Below, piece after piece: positions 9,436 to 17,550 of a DNA stretch of 64,000 bases; the stretch's first letter is position 1; every line of letters starts with the position of its first letter. The translations under genes were made by a program, and so were the position numbers. The stretch is from Spirochaetales bacterium. GTDB taxonomy: Bacteria > Spirochaetota > Spirochaetia > JABEVK01. The stretch is from contig JBAXAI010000008.1 in NCBI GenBank assembly GCA_037142615.1, positions 32,001-96,000 on the forward strand, read 5' to 3'. The notes below the pieces were generated by a model. That model saw only the letters and a program-made list of their open reading frames with translations. It ran no database searches and had not been told where the DNA came from.

Positions 9436-10680
9436 TTAAAGGTTTAGCTCGATCTTGGCAAGGAGTTTCCGGGCAACCTCGGCCTTGCTTGCTTTGTCGA
9501 GACGTTCATGGTTCCCCTTGGCGTCGACAACCAGCAGTGAATTGGTGTCGGTACCAAACCCTTCTCCCGGCTTGCTGTCGTCGTTGGCAGCGATAAGGTC
9601 ACCCCCGGCCTGCGCCAACCGCGAAGTGGCGTCGGTCAGGAGGTCGGCTTCCGAGAGCCCGCTTTGAGCCCGGAAGACCACCAGATAGGTTGCTTTGTTC
9701 CAGCCCTTCACCTGATCGACGATTTTGGGCGTGGGCCGAAACTCGACCACCAGGTTGCCCGAACTGGTAGGGAGCTTCGTGGCCGAAGGGGCTACCGGCG
9801 TCCAGTCGCCCACGGCGGCGCAAGCGATGAACACTCGGGGACGCTCGGCTTCGACCAGCTTTCGGCAGGCGGCTTCCATGGCGGCAGAGGTTTCGGCGAC
9901 GACCAGTTCGACACCTGGGGGAACCGGAACCGAGAGCTTCCCCGAGACCACGATGACCCGCGCCCCCAAACGGAGCGCCGCCTCGGCAAGAGCCAGCCCC
10001 ATCCGGCCCGTCGAGTTGTTGGTGACAACCCGGATCGGATCGAGGTACTCGACAGTGCGCCCGGCGGTGATGATGACGGTTTGCCCCGCGAGTTTTCCGC
10101 TGGCAGGAACAAGGGCCTCCCGCACGGCCTGCAGAATCTCATCGTTGTCGGCGATCTTGGCCTTGCCTTCTTCCACCCGGGGGCCCAGCACGCGGATGCC
10201 GGCGCCTTCCAGACGCGCCAGGTTCGCCACCACGAAAGGGTGGGCATACATCGACTGGTGCATCGCCGGCACTACCAGCACGGGAAGGCCTTCGCCAAAG
10301 GCGGTGGTCACAAAAGTTGTCACCGGGGTGTCGTCGATGCCCGAAGCGATCTTGCCGACCGTGTTGGCGGTGGCCGGCGCGATCAAGAGCAAGTCTGCGT
10401 GCACCTTGACGTTTCCCACCAGGCTGACATGTTCAATCTGGCCGGTCAATTCGGTGATGGGCTTGTGGCCCGTGGCCCATTCCAGCAAGTTGGGATGGAC
10501 AAGCTGCGTGGCTGCGTGGCTCATTACGGGGTAAACTTGGGCGCCGTGGCGCATCAGCAGGCGGGCGAGGTCGACGCTTCGCACCGCAGCTACCGAACCG
10601 GTCACACCGAGCACGATGGTCTTGCCGGCGAGGCTTTGGCTCAGCGACCCGACAATATCGACCGAAGGGTGTTCGTTCAT
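9436..10680 (-). CDS. coaBC: Bifunctional phosphopantothenoylcysteine decarboxylase/synthetase, archaeal-like
   Basis: GVTGSVAA, APATANT, PAMH, TAGRTVEYLDPIR.VTNNSTG.MG motifs; the N-terminal HPS.DI.GS.S..L.GK and ELTGQIEHV segments resemble archaeal CoaBC. Confidence 0.95.
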   Translation of the reverse strand: MNEHPSVDIVGSLSQSLAGKTIVLGVTGSVAAVRSVDLARLLMRHGAQVYPVMSHAATQLVHPNLLEWATGHKPITELTGQIEHVSLVGNVKVHADLLLIAPATANTVGKIASGIDDTPVTTFVTTAFGEGLPVLVVPAMHQSMYAHPFVVANLARLEGAGIRVLGPRVEEGKAKIADNDEILQAVREALVPASGKLAGQTVIITAGRTVEYLDPIRVVTNNSTGRMGLALAEAALRLGARVIVVSGKLSVPVPPGVELVVAETSAAMEAACRKLVEAERPRVFIACAAVGDWTPVAPSATKLPTSSGNLVVEFRPTPKIVDQVKGWNKATYLVVFRAQSGLSEADLLTDATSRLAQAGGDLIAANDDSKPGEGFGTDTNSLLVVDAKGNHERLDKASKAEVARKLLAKIELNL

Positions 10681-11822
10681 CCAGCTACCTCCTGCAGGTC
10701 AGCGAGAAACTCTTTGAGAACACTCCGGGTCACGTGCGGCATGACAACAACGCGGAAACTATGCTGCCAGGTCGACAGCGCCCATCCTTTTTCGCGCAGC
10801 GAGGCCACCAGCAGAGGCGTCGGCATGTGCGTGCTGCGAACCCCGACCACGTTCACCTGGGGTTCGGCCAGCACCGGCTCCACACCCGAAATCTGGGTAA
10901 GGGCCTGCGTGAGGAAGCGCGAGAGTTCCATGGCTTCGGCGACGATGGCCGTGTAGCCGGGCACCCCGAGGTGTTTCATGACGGCCCAGACCGCTGCAAC
11001 CGCCGCCCCGGAGCGGGTGCCAACGAGGGTGTTTTGGCGCAATCGCCCGCCGGAAAGGTACTGAACGTCGGTCGCCGCCGTCCGTGCCAGCGTAGCATCC
11101 TTCCACAGGATCATGCCCGAGGGAATGGGCCCGCGCCCCATTTTGTGGGGGTCGGCCGTCAGGCTGCTCAGGCCCTCGGGCCACGAATACAACTCCGAGG
11201 CTCGGTTTTCAGGCAAAAAAGGAAGCACGAAGCCGCCGAACGAGGCGTCGAGATGAAAATACAACCCGTGGCGAAGGGCTAACGCGGCCAAGGCACCAAT
11301 GTCGTCGATGGCTCCCCACGCCGTCGTCCCGGCGATGCCGATCACGGCCAGGGTCTGGGGTGTGATGGCAGCTTCCATGCGGTCGAGGCGAACCCGGCCC
11401 CGGTCGTCGACGGGAACTCTCACGAGGTTGAGACCCATGAACGACGCGGCTTTGTCGAACGAATAGTGGGCCGAGGCCGGCAGAAGCACCTCGCGCTTAC
11501 CGGGCGACAACAGTCTCGCGGTCCAGAGGGCCAACAGGTTGGCCTCGGTTCCTCCGGTGACAATGCGTCCCGCCGCCAAGGGGTTGCCCCACCAAGTGCC
11601 CAGCAGTGAGCAGGCTTCGCGCTCCAGTTCAGCCAGACCGGGCACCAGCCCTTCGTCACCGATGTTGGTCTCGAGGGCCCGCATAAAGGCCTGTTCGGCC
11701 ACCGGGTGTGGCCGCGAGCACATCGATCCCAGAATCTTGCCCGAGGCGAAGGTCCAATCCCCGGCAAGCCTCCGGTCGAGTTCTTCCAGCACGGCTCGCG
11801 AAGAGTCCGCTCCGAGGCTAAT
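10677..11822 (-). CDS. mfnA: MfnA-like group II PLP-dependent decarboxylase (probable aspartate 1-decarboxylase making beta-alanine)
   Basis: ILGSMC, TNIGD.GL, TGGTEAN, SAHYSFDK, HLDASFGGF, DPHKMG (PLP Lys) and GTRSG motifs. Start is uncertain: ATT at 11822 behind AAGGAG, or GTG at 11792. Confidence 0.85.
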   Translation of the reverse strand: MSLGADSSRAVLEELDRRLAGDWTFASGKILGSMCSRPHPVAEQAFMRALETNIGDEGLVPGLAELEREACSLLGTWWGNPLAAGRIVTGGTEANLLALWTARLLSPGKREVLLPASAHYSFDKAASFMGLNLVRVPVDDRGRVRLDRMEAAITPQTLAVIGIAGTTAWGAIDDIGALAALALRHGLYFHLDASFGGFVLPFLPENRASELYSWPEGLSSLTADPHKMGRGPIPSGMILWKDATLARTAATDVQYLSGGRLRQNTLVGTRSGAAVAAVWAVMKHLGVPGYTAIVAEAMELSRFLTQALTQISGVEPVLAEPQVNVVGVRSTHMPTPLLVASLREKGWALSTWQHSFRVVVMPHVTRSVLKEFLADLQEVAG

Positions 11823-12603
11823 GATAGGACTCCTTGTCGGCTGGGTACGTCCCCGAGCGCACGTCGGCCGAAAACTCGCCCAAAACCGACTTGATGGCGT
11901 CACCCACATGGAGGTAGCGATCGGGAACAAACTTGGCCTTGCGGTGACTGTTGAGGTGCAGCAGGTCGTGGAACACCAGAACCTGGCCGCTGGTGTGCGC
12001 TCCGGCCCCGATGCCAATCGTCGGCAGACCAAGACCCCGCGTCACCGACTCTCCGAGCGACAGAGGAACACATTCCAGCACCACCGAAAAGCAACCCGCC
12101 GCGGCAAGGTCACGGGCGTCGGCGTCGATCGCGGCAGCGTCGGCAGCGTCTTTGCCCTGCACCTTGAACGAACCTGCCGTCTGGGGCAACAAACCCAAGT
12201 GACCCATCACCGGGATTCCGCTGGCGAGGATAGCCCTGGCGATGCCTGGAGCATTGCCCTCAAACTTGACCGCATCGGCCCCGCTGGCCATCAGCAGCTT
12301 GGACGACTCCACGGCCGCCTCGGGGGTATCGTAGGAGTGCAAGGGAAGGTCGGCGACAATCGGGATCACTTTGCGCCCCCGCGCGGCCATCCGGGTGTGG
12401 TACATCATGTGCTCGAGTGTCACGGCCGAGGTGGAATCGCGGCCCTGCTCGACCATGCCGAGGCTGTCACCCACCAGGATCAGGTCGGCGCCGGCGGCTT
12501 CGACCAGCTCGGCCTGCCACGCGTCGTAGGCGGTCAGAACGACGAGCTTGTGACCGGCCTTCCAGGCGTCCAGAAACGGCTGCAAACGCGGTGTAGAAAT
12601 CAC
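11818..12603 (-). CDS. panB: 3-methyl-2-oxobutanoate hydroxymethyltransferase
   Basis: LTAYD, LVGDSLGM, VMGHLGLLPQ, IGIGAG and GQVLV.HD motifs; GTG at 12603 with GGAG SD, GTGA overlap with the upstream stop. Confidence 0.96.
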   Translation of the reverse strand: MISTPRLQPFLDAWKAGHKLVVLTAYDAWQAELVEAAGADLILVGDSLGMVEQGRDSTSAVTLEHMMYHTRMAARGRKVIPIVADLPLHSYDTPEAAVESSKLLMASGADAVKFEGNAPGIARAILASGIPVMGHLGLLPQTAGSFKVQGKDAADAAAIDADARDLAAAGCFSVVLECVPLSLGESVTRGLGLPTIGIGAGAHTSGQVLVFHDLLHLNSHRKAKFVPDRYLHVGDAIKSVLGEFSADVRSGTYPADKESYH

Positions 12604-13370
12604 TTTTGTTCTCCTGCCAGGGCGTAGAGCCGGTCGGCCATGAACTTCAGGGCTTTTGCGAGATTGGCCCGGTTGTCCCAGGCACCCCAAAGTGCCTCAA
12701 GCTCGCCCCGGGGCCGGTTCTTGAGAGCCCCCGCTTCGCTGACCAGCAGAGGCAGCGCCCGCAGGATGTTGTCGACGATGGTCAAGTGCGACATCTTCGA
12801 GGTACGCGAAAGCGGGTTCAGGTCGATGGTCAGCACCGTCTTGCCGAGCTTGACCAGAGCCTCGGTTCGGTCCCCGTCTTCCAGCGGCACCAACACGGTG
12901 TCGGCGATGAGAATTCCTCGCGGCGACACGATGCGACGCGCGTGCTGAAGCTCATCGATCACAGCGCTGGCGTCGTCACCCACCCCGAGCACCTCGGTGG
13001 CCCCGGCGGCCCGCAGCGCGGCCTCGACCGCTTCTTCCCGTCCAGGCTTGCGGTAGAACAGGTTGACCTCGAGCCGGGCACCGGTGACTTTGGAAAGCTC
13101 AACGAGTTCGGCGGCCACCAGAGCGGCGGCGTTGCCGTTCACCGAGATGACAGGATGGGACGAGAGCAGCAGTTTCGCGGCAGCGGCGCGGCACGCTTCG
13201 CGGCCAAAATCGGCCGTTGCTTCACCCAAAAAGTAGTCCAGCGACTCACCCCTTCCGTGAGCGATCAGACCGGATTCGGTGACGACCAGGGAATGCAGTC
13301 CCTCGACGATCTTTTCGCGGCTCATCAACGAGGCGTAGCGCGGATGGCTGGTCGGAATCTCAATCAGCAT
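12600..13370 (-). CDS. Archaeal-type 4-phosphopantoate--beta-alanine ligase (phosphopantothenate synthetase, PPS; COG1701/DUF137)
   Basis: IP.SHPRY.SL..RE, GLIAHGRGE..DY..GE, PVISVNGN, EVNLFYR, VLVPLEDGDR.EAL and IDLNPLSRT motifs, all characteristic of archaeal PPS. Confidence 0.94.
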   Translation of the reverse strand: MLIEIPTSHPRYASLMSREKIVEGLHSLVVTESGLIAHGRGESLDYFLGEATADFGREACRAAAAKLLLSSHPVISVNGNAAALVAAELVELSKVTGARLEVNLFYRKPGREEAVEAALRAAGATEVLGVGDDASAVIDELQHARRIVSPRGILIADTVLVPLEDGDRTEALVKLGKTVLTIDLNPLSRTSKMSHLTIVDNILRALPLLVSEAGALKNRPRGELEALWGAWDNRANLAKALKFMADRLYALAGEQK

Positions 13371-14256
13371 GCAAAAGCCTCCCGCCCTGCAAGTCGAGCT
13401 GCGAAGAAAAAACGGTGCCTGAGCCCAACAAACGGAACGCCGCGAGCGCGCGCTCGGCGTCGAAACTCTCTACGAGGGTAAACAACCCATCGCCGAACAT
13501 CAGCATGGGAGCGGTGAACCCTTTGTCGGCGAGCAGGGTCTGGCAGCCGGTCAGCCGACCGCTGACGAGCTGCGTCTGGCGGCCAAAGCGAACCGAGAGT
13601 TCCAAGAAATGTTTCCACGACGGAGCGTCGAGCAGGGCCTGCCGAAAGGCCTCGCCTTCCCTGTTGACCGCCTCGCGGATGGCAGGGTTTCCCAGCATGG
13701 CCGAGGTGGCCAGCGGGCCCAAAACCAGGAAGACGGCGGTCAGACCGTCCGGAGTGGGCAGCGGTTGCACACGCCCCACCCCGGGTGCCCCTGGCTCGAG
13801 ACTGGCCTTGAAGCCGCCGTGGGCTTCACCCAGAACGGTTCCCAGGCCGGTTCCGCATTCAATTTCGGCCAGATGGGCCAGAGCCCCGGCCTGATCGGTC
13901 GAAAGTGGAGACCCCGCCAGGCCGTTGAGAGCCAGCGCAAGCGACAGCGCTCCGGCTCCCGAAGTGCCAAAACCGCAACCCACGGGGAGCGTCGTTTGGT
14001 GCTCGATGGCCACCGGTTGCGTCCAATTGGCCCTGGAGCGAAACAGGCGCAACACTGCGAGGGAAACCGGCGCATCGTCGAGAGTCTTGCCGCCAAGCTT
14101 CACAGAATCGGATTCTGCCGAAAAGACTTGGGTCTCAACCCCGAGGGCAAGGCTGAACCCCGCGCCGAGCGAACCGTGGTGAAGGGGGTCCGAATGGGGT
14201 CGAATCGAGAAGAACCCCGTGACATGACCGGGAGAAAAGGCGCGGGAAGAATGCAT
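13360..14256 (-). CDS. Archaeal-type pantoate kinase (PoK; GHMP kinase, COG1829)
   Basis: AFSPGHVTGFF, GSLGAG, GHMP loop PVGCGFGTSGA, AH.AEI...TGLG.V, PGAPG and MFG motifs; start placed at ATG 14256; overlaps PPS by 11 nt. Confidence 0.9.
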   Translation of the reverse strand: MHSSRAFSPGHVTGFFSIRPHSDPLHHGSLGAGFSLALGVETQVFSAESDSVKLGGKTLDDAPVSLAVLRLFRSRANWTQPVAIEHQTTLPVGCGFGTSGAGALSLALALNGLAGSPLSTDQAGALAHLAEIECGTGLGTVLGEAHGGFKASLEPGAPGVGRVQPLPTPDGLTAVFLVLGPLATSAMLGNPAIREAVNREGEAFRQALLDAPSWKHFLELSVRFGRQTQLVSGRLTGCQTLLADKGFTAPMLMFGDGLFTLVESFDAERALAAFRLLGSGTVFSSQLDLQGGRLLHAD

Positions 14257-14340
14257 GTAGTACCTTGGAACCCATGGTATTGTAAAAAGTTCCGTTTGAG
14301 AAGTGCGGGATTTTGCCGAAACTGGGAACAGGAGTCCTGT

Positions 14341-14856
14341 ATGAACCGTATGCTGGCCGTTGTGGTGTTTGTCGGGTGCAGCCTTTCCCCGCTGGCTTCC
14401 CAAGACTTGCCCGCCTCAGACCCGACCACCCTCACCGTGGCGCCGTCGGATCAGGTGAAGTACCCCGAAGCAAAGGACATCCTCAACCCCCTGCCTCCCC
14501 CGGCGCCCAAGGTAGTACCCAAAGCGGCACCCAAAGCAGCCGACAAACCCGTGGTCCCGGTGGTCAAGGTGGTTCCCGGTGGTCCGCTGCTGGCTTCGGC
14601 TCCGATTCCGGCCGTGGCTCCCGTGGCCGCCAAACCCGTGCCGCTTCATGGCTGGTTCATCGTGTGGTCGCTTTCGGGCTCCGCCGAGGCCGTGCAGACC
14701 TGGGTGGAGGGACTCCAAGCCGCCGTGCCCGCGTTGCCTGTGAAGGTTTCCGGCAAAGGTGCGGCGTGGACCGTAGAACTCGGTCCTGTCGATGCTCAAT
14801 CGCTCGACGCCGCGTGGGCCGTTCCGGGAGCTCGTCCCCGCCTCATCAAGAAGTAG
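14341..14856 (+). CDS. Exported hypothetical protein (Pro/Ala/Lys linker, SPOR-like C-terminus)
   Basis: ATG at 14341 with AGGAG SD; signal-like N-terminus; low-complexity linker. Confidence 0.6.
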   Translation: MNRMLAVVVFVGCSLSPLASQDLPASDPTTLTVAPSDQVKYPEAKDILNPLPPPAPKVVPKAAPKAADKPVVPVVKVVPGGPLLASAPIPAVAPVAAKPVPLHGWFIVWSLSGSAEAVQTWVEGLQAAVPALPVKVSGKGAAWTVELGPVDAQSLDAAWAVPGARPRLIKK

Positions 14857-15325
14857 AGGAACCTCGCCGGCTGGTCAAACGGACGAGTGTCATGAAAGTG
14901 GCGTCGAAGGTTCGGACAAAACGGTCCCACTCCTTTTTTCCGTAGACCGCCGTCGATTCCGGTTTGAGCCCTGCCGCGTTCAAGCCCGCCATAAAATCCC
15001 TCACGGACAGGCGCTCACGGATGTTTTCGGCCGTATAAAGCGCGCCCCGGTCGTTAAGAACGGCCACACCCAGTTCCACCAACCGCGAAGCCAGGGGAAT
15101 GTCGCGGGTGACAACGAGGTCGCCCGGTAGAGCCCTCGCAACCAGGGCGTCGTCGGCCGCGCCTTCGGTAGCCGCCACGACTTCCATCGTAATCGCGAGG
15201 TCCGCACGAAACGGAATGGGCCGGTTGGCAAAGCAGGTCACGGGCACCCCTTCGCGGCGACCAGCCTTGGCAACGACCTCGCGTACCGCGCGTGGGCAAC
15301 TGTCCCCATCAATCAGAACTTGCAT
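14846..15325 (-). CDS. YaiI/YqxD (DUF188) family protein
   Basis: IDGDSCP, AADD, GDLVVTRDIPLA and G..YT..NI.ERL..RD motifs. Confidence 0.9.
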   Translation of the reverse strand: MQVLIDGDSCPRAVREVVAKAGRREGVPVTCFANRPIPFRADLAITMEVVAATEGAADDALVARALPGDLVVTRDIPLASRLVELGVAVLNDRGALYTAENIRERLSVRDFMAGLNAAGLKPESTAVYGKKEWDRFVRTFDATFMTLVRLTSRRGSSTS

Positions 15326-15400
15326 ACGTCATCCTACGTTCGAGGCAAGACCTTGGCCAACCCCCTTTCTTTTTGGTGCGAGGGCCGTTAGCATGGCGAC

Positions 15401-17488
15401 ATGGATTTGGAAGCCTTTCGTCAGGCCTACCCTGCCCTCACCGACCTGCGCGAAGCGACCGAGTTTCTGCTCGCTTTTTCGGAAGACGCGATGCAGGACT
15501 GCCCGGACGACTTGGCGCCCTTGGTAGAGGCTGCCAGGCTCTCGTGCCGTTCGGCTGGTCTTGTGGGCCTGGCCGCTCTGTGTGACCGCCTGCTGGGCTG
15601 GTTCGACGTTGACCGTTCCGACTACCCCTCGGCCCTGATAAGGTTTGAAAGGGCTCAGGGTGACTTTTTGGCCTTGGGTGACGAAGCGGGGCGCCTCAAG
15701 GCGCTGAACGGTATCGCCAGCGTGCATAGCGCCCAAGGACGGTTCGAGGCTGCTATCTCTATCTATCGAGAGGCTTTAGCCTTGGCCGAGCAAAGCGGGG
15801 ACCGTCATCAGGCTGTGCTGCTCACTGCCAATCTGGGCTCGTCGCTCAACGATTTGGGCCAGCACGCCGAGGCCGAACCCTACCTGCACCAGGCCGCATT
15901 TTCGGGCTTGCTGTCGCGCCTCAACGAGGCCCTGATCCTTACCGAGTTGGCCAAGTCCTGCCGCAAGCAAGGAAAGCGTGACGAGGCGCAGACTCTCCTG
16001 ATCCGCTCGGTGACGGCCTCGAGGGAAGGGCATTTCCAGTCCACCTTGGCCATTGCGCTGGGTCTGCTCGGCGAATTGATGGTCGAAGCCGGCGAGGCTG
16101 GTGCTACCTCACTGCTCGAAGAGGCCCGCCTGGTCGCGCTCGCAGCTGGCGACCGGGCCGCCGAAACCATGGCCACCCTCGCCCTCGGGCGCAACGAACT
16201 GACGGCTCGGCCCTTGATAGCCCTCGGGCTGTTTGAGCTTTCCTTGGCAACCAGTCTGGAAATTGGGGCCCGCCACCTGGAAATCGAGGCGTACGAGGGC
16301 CTGGCTGCCGCCAACAAGGCCTTGGGCCGCTGGAAGAAGGCCTTCAGCGCTTATGAGGCCTTCCACGCGCTTTCCAAGCTGCTTCGTGACGACAACGTGC
16401 TCAAACAGCTCGACCATCTGAAGGCCGACCAGGCCCGCAAAGAAACGGAACTCTACCAGGAACAGCTTCGCGTCATGGGACTTCTGGGTGAGATTGGCCA
16501 GAAGATCAGCGCCACCCTCGACCTGGAGTCCATTCTTCACATTGTCGATGAGTCGATCGGTTCGCTGATGTCGGCCGATGTGTTTGGTATGGGCCTGTAC
16601 GACGAAGCAAGCGATACCATTGACTACCAGCTGTTCCGCGAGGCCGGCCGCCCGGTCAAACCGTTCCGCTCTCCCGTCAACGGCGACTCGTTTTCTTCGT
16701 GGTGCATCCGGCACCGCGAAGACATCCTCATGGGTGACATGGAAAAAGAACACGGCCGTTACACCAAGGTGCTGACTTTTCCCATTGCGACAGCCGAAGC
16801 CACCGGCAAGTTGACGCGCTCGGGACTCTTCCTCCCGCTGATCGCCGAAGGCCGGGTGGTCGGTGTTCTTTCCGCCCAAAGTTACCAACTCAATGCGTAT
16901 ACCGAGCGCGAGTTGGCGGCGCTCAAGACGCTGGCGGCCTCGATCGCGATCGCGATTGAAAACGCCCGGCTGTTCAAGCAGGTAAACCAGTTGGCCACGG
17001 TAGACTCGTTGACCGGGGCTTCGACCCGCCGCTACCTGTTTTCGCGCACTGAACAGGAGTTTCAGGGCTACCTGAGGCAACAACAGCCCCTGGCGCTGGT
17101 GATGATTGACCTCGACCACTTCAAGAGCCTCAACGACACTTGGGGCCATGCGGTAGGCGATCAGGTGCTGGCCGCCTTTGGCGCCCTGGTGATGACCAGC
17201 AAGAGACCCCACGATATCTTCGGGCGCTACGGGGGTGAGGAGTTCGCCCTGGTCCAAACCGGAACCACGCTCGAAGGTGCCCGCAAGTCGGCCGAGCGCC
17301 TGTGCCGCCAAGTTCGTCAGATGCCACTGGAGCCGGCCAAAGGGCAGGCTCTCAAGGTAACCGCCAGCTTCGGTGTGACAGCCTTCCATCCCGATGACGC
17401 CGACGTCACTTTGGTATTCAGCCGGGCGGACGAGGCCCTGTACGAGGCCAAACAGACCGGGCGCAACCGTGTCGCTGTCCGTCCTTGA
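15401..17488 (+). CDS. Diguanylate cyclase with TPR and GAF domains
   Basis: TPR-like helices, GAF (PLI.EGRVVGVLSAQS), DLDHFK..ND.WGH..GD, I-site RPHD and GGEEF. Confidence 0.92.
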   Translation: MDLEAFRQAYPALTDLREATEFLLAFSEDAMQDCPDDLAPLVEAARLSCRSAGLVGLAALCDRLLGWFDVDRSDYPSALIRFERAQGDFLALGDEAGRLKALNGIASVHSAQGRFEAAISIYREALALAEQSGDRHQAVLLTANLGSSLNDLGQHAEAEPYLHQAAFSGLLSRLNEALILTELAKSCRKQGKRDEAQTLLIRSVTASREGHFQSTLAIALGLLGELMVEAGEAGATSLLEEARLVALAAGDRAAETMATLALGRNELTARPLIALGLFELSLATSLEIGARHLEIEAYEGLAAANKALGRWKKAFSAYEAFHALSKLLRDDNVLKQLDHLKADQARKETELYQEQLRVMGLLGEIGQKISATLDLESILHIVDESIGSLMSADVFGMGLYDEASDTIDYQLFREAGRPVKPFRSPVNGDSFSSWCIRHREDILMGDMEKEHGRYTKVLTFPIATAEATGKLTRSGLFLPLIAEGRVVGVLSAQSYQLNAYTERELAALKTLAASIAIAIENARLFKQVNQLATVDSLTGASTRRYLFSRTEQEFQGYLRQQQPLALVMIDLDHFKSLNDTWGHAVGDQVLAAFGALVMTSKRPHDIFGRYGGEEFALVQTGTTLEGARKSAERLCRQVRQMPLEPAKGQALKVTASFGVTAFHPDDADVTLVFSRADEALYEAKQTGRNRVAVRP

Positions 17489-17514
17489 CCCAGCGGTGTT
17501 GAACTCCGTATGAT
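17485..17514 (+). promoter_or_regulatory. Sigma70-like promoter for pfp
   Basis: TTGACC-18 nt-TATGAT; AAGGAG SD before ATG 17551. Confidence 0.55.
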
Positions 17515-17550
17515 TATGCGTCTGAAACCCCCGTTATCAAGGAGAATCTG

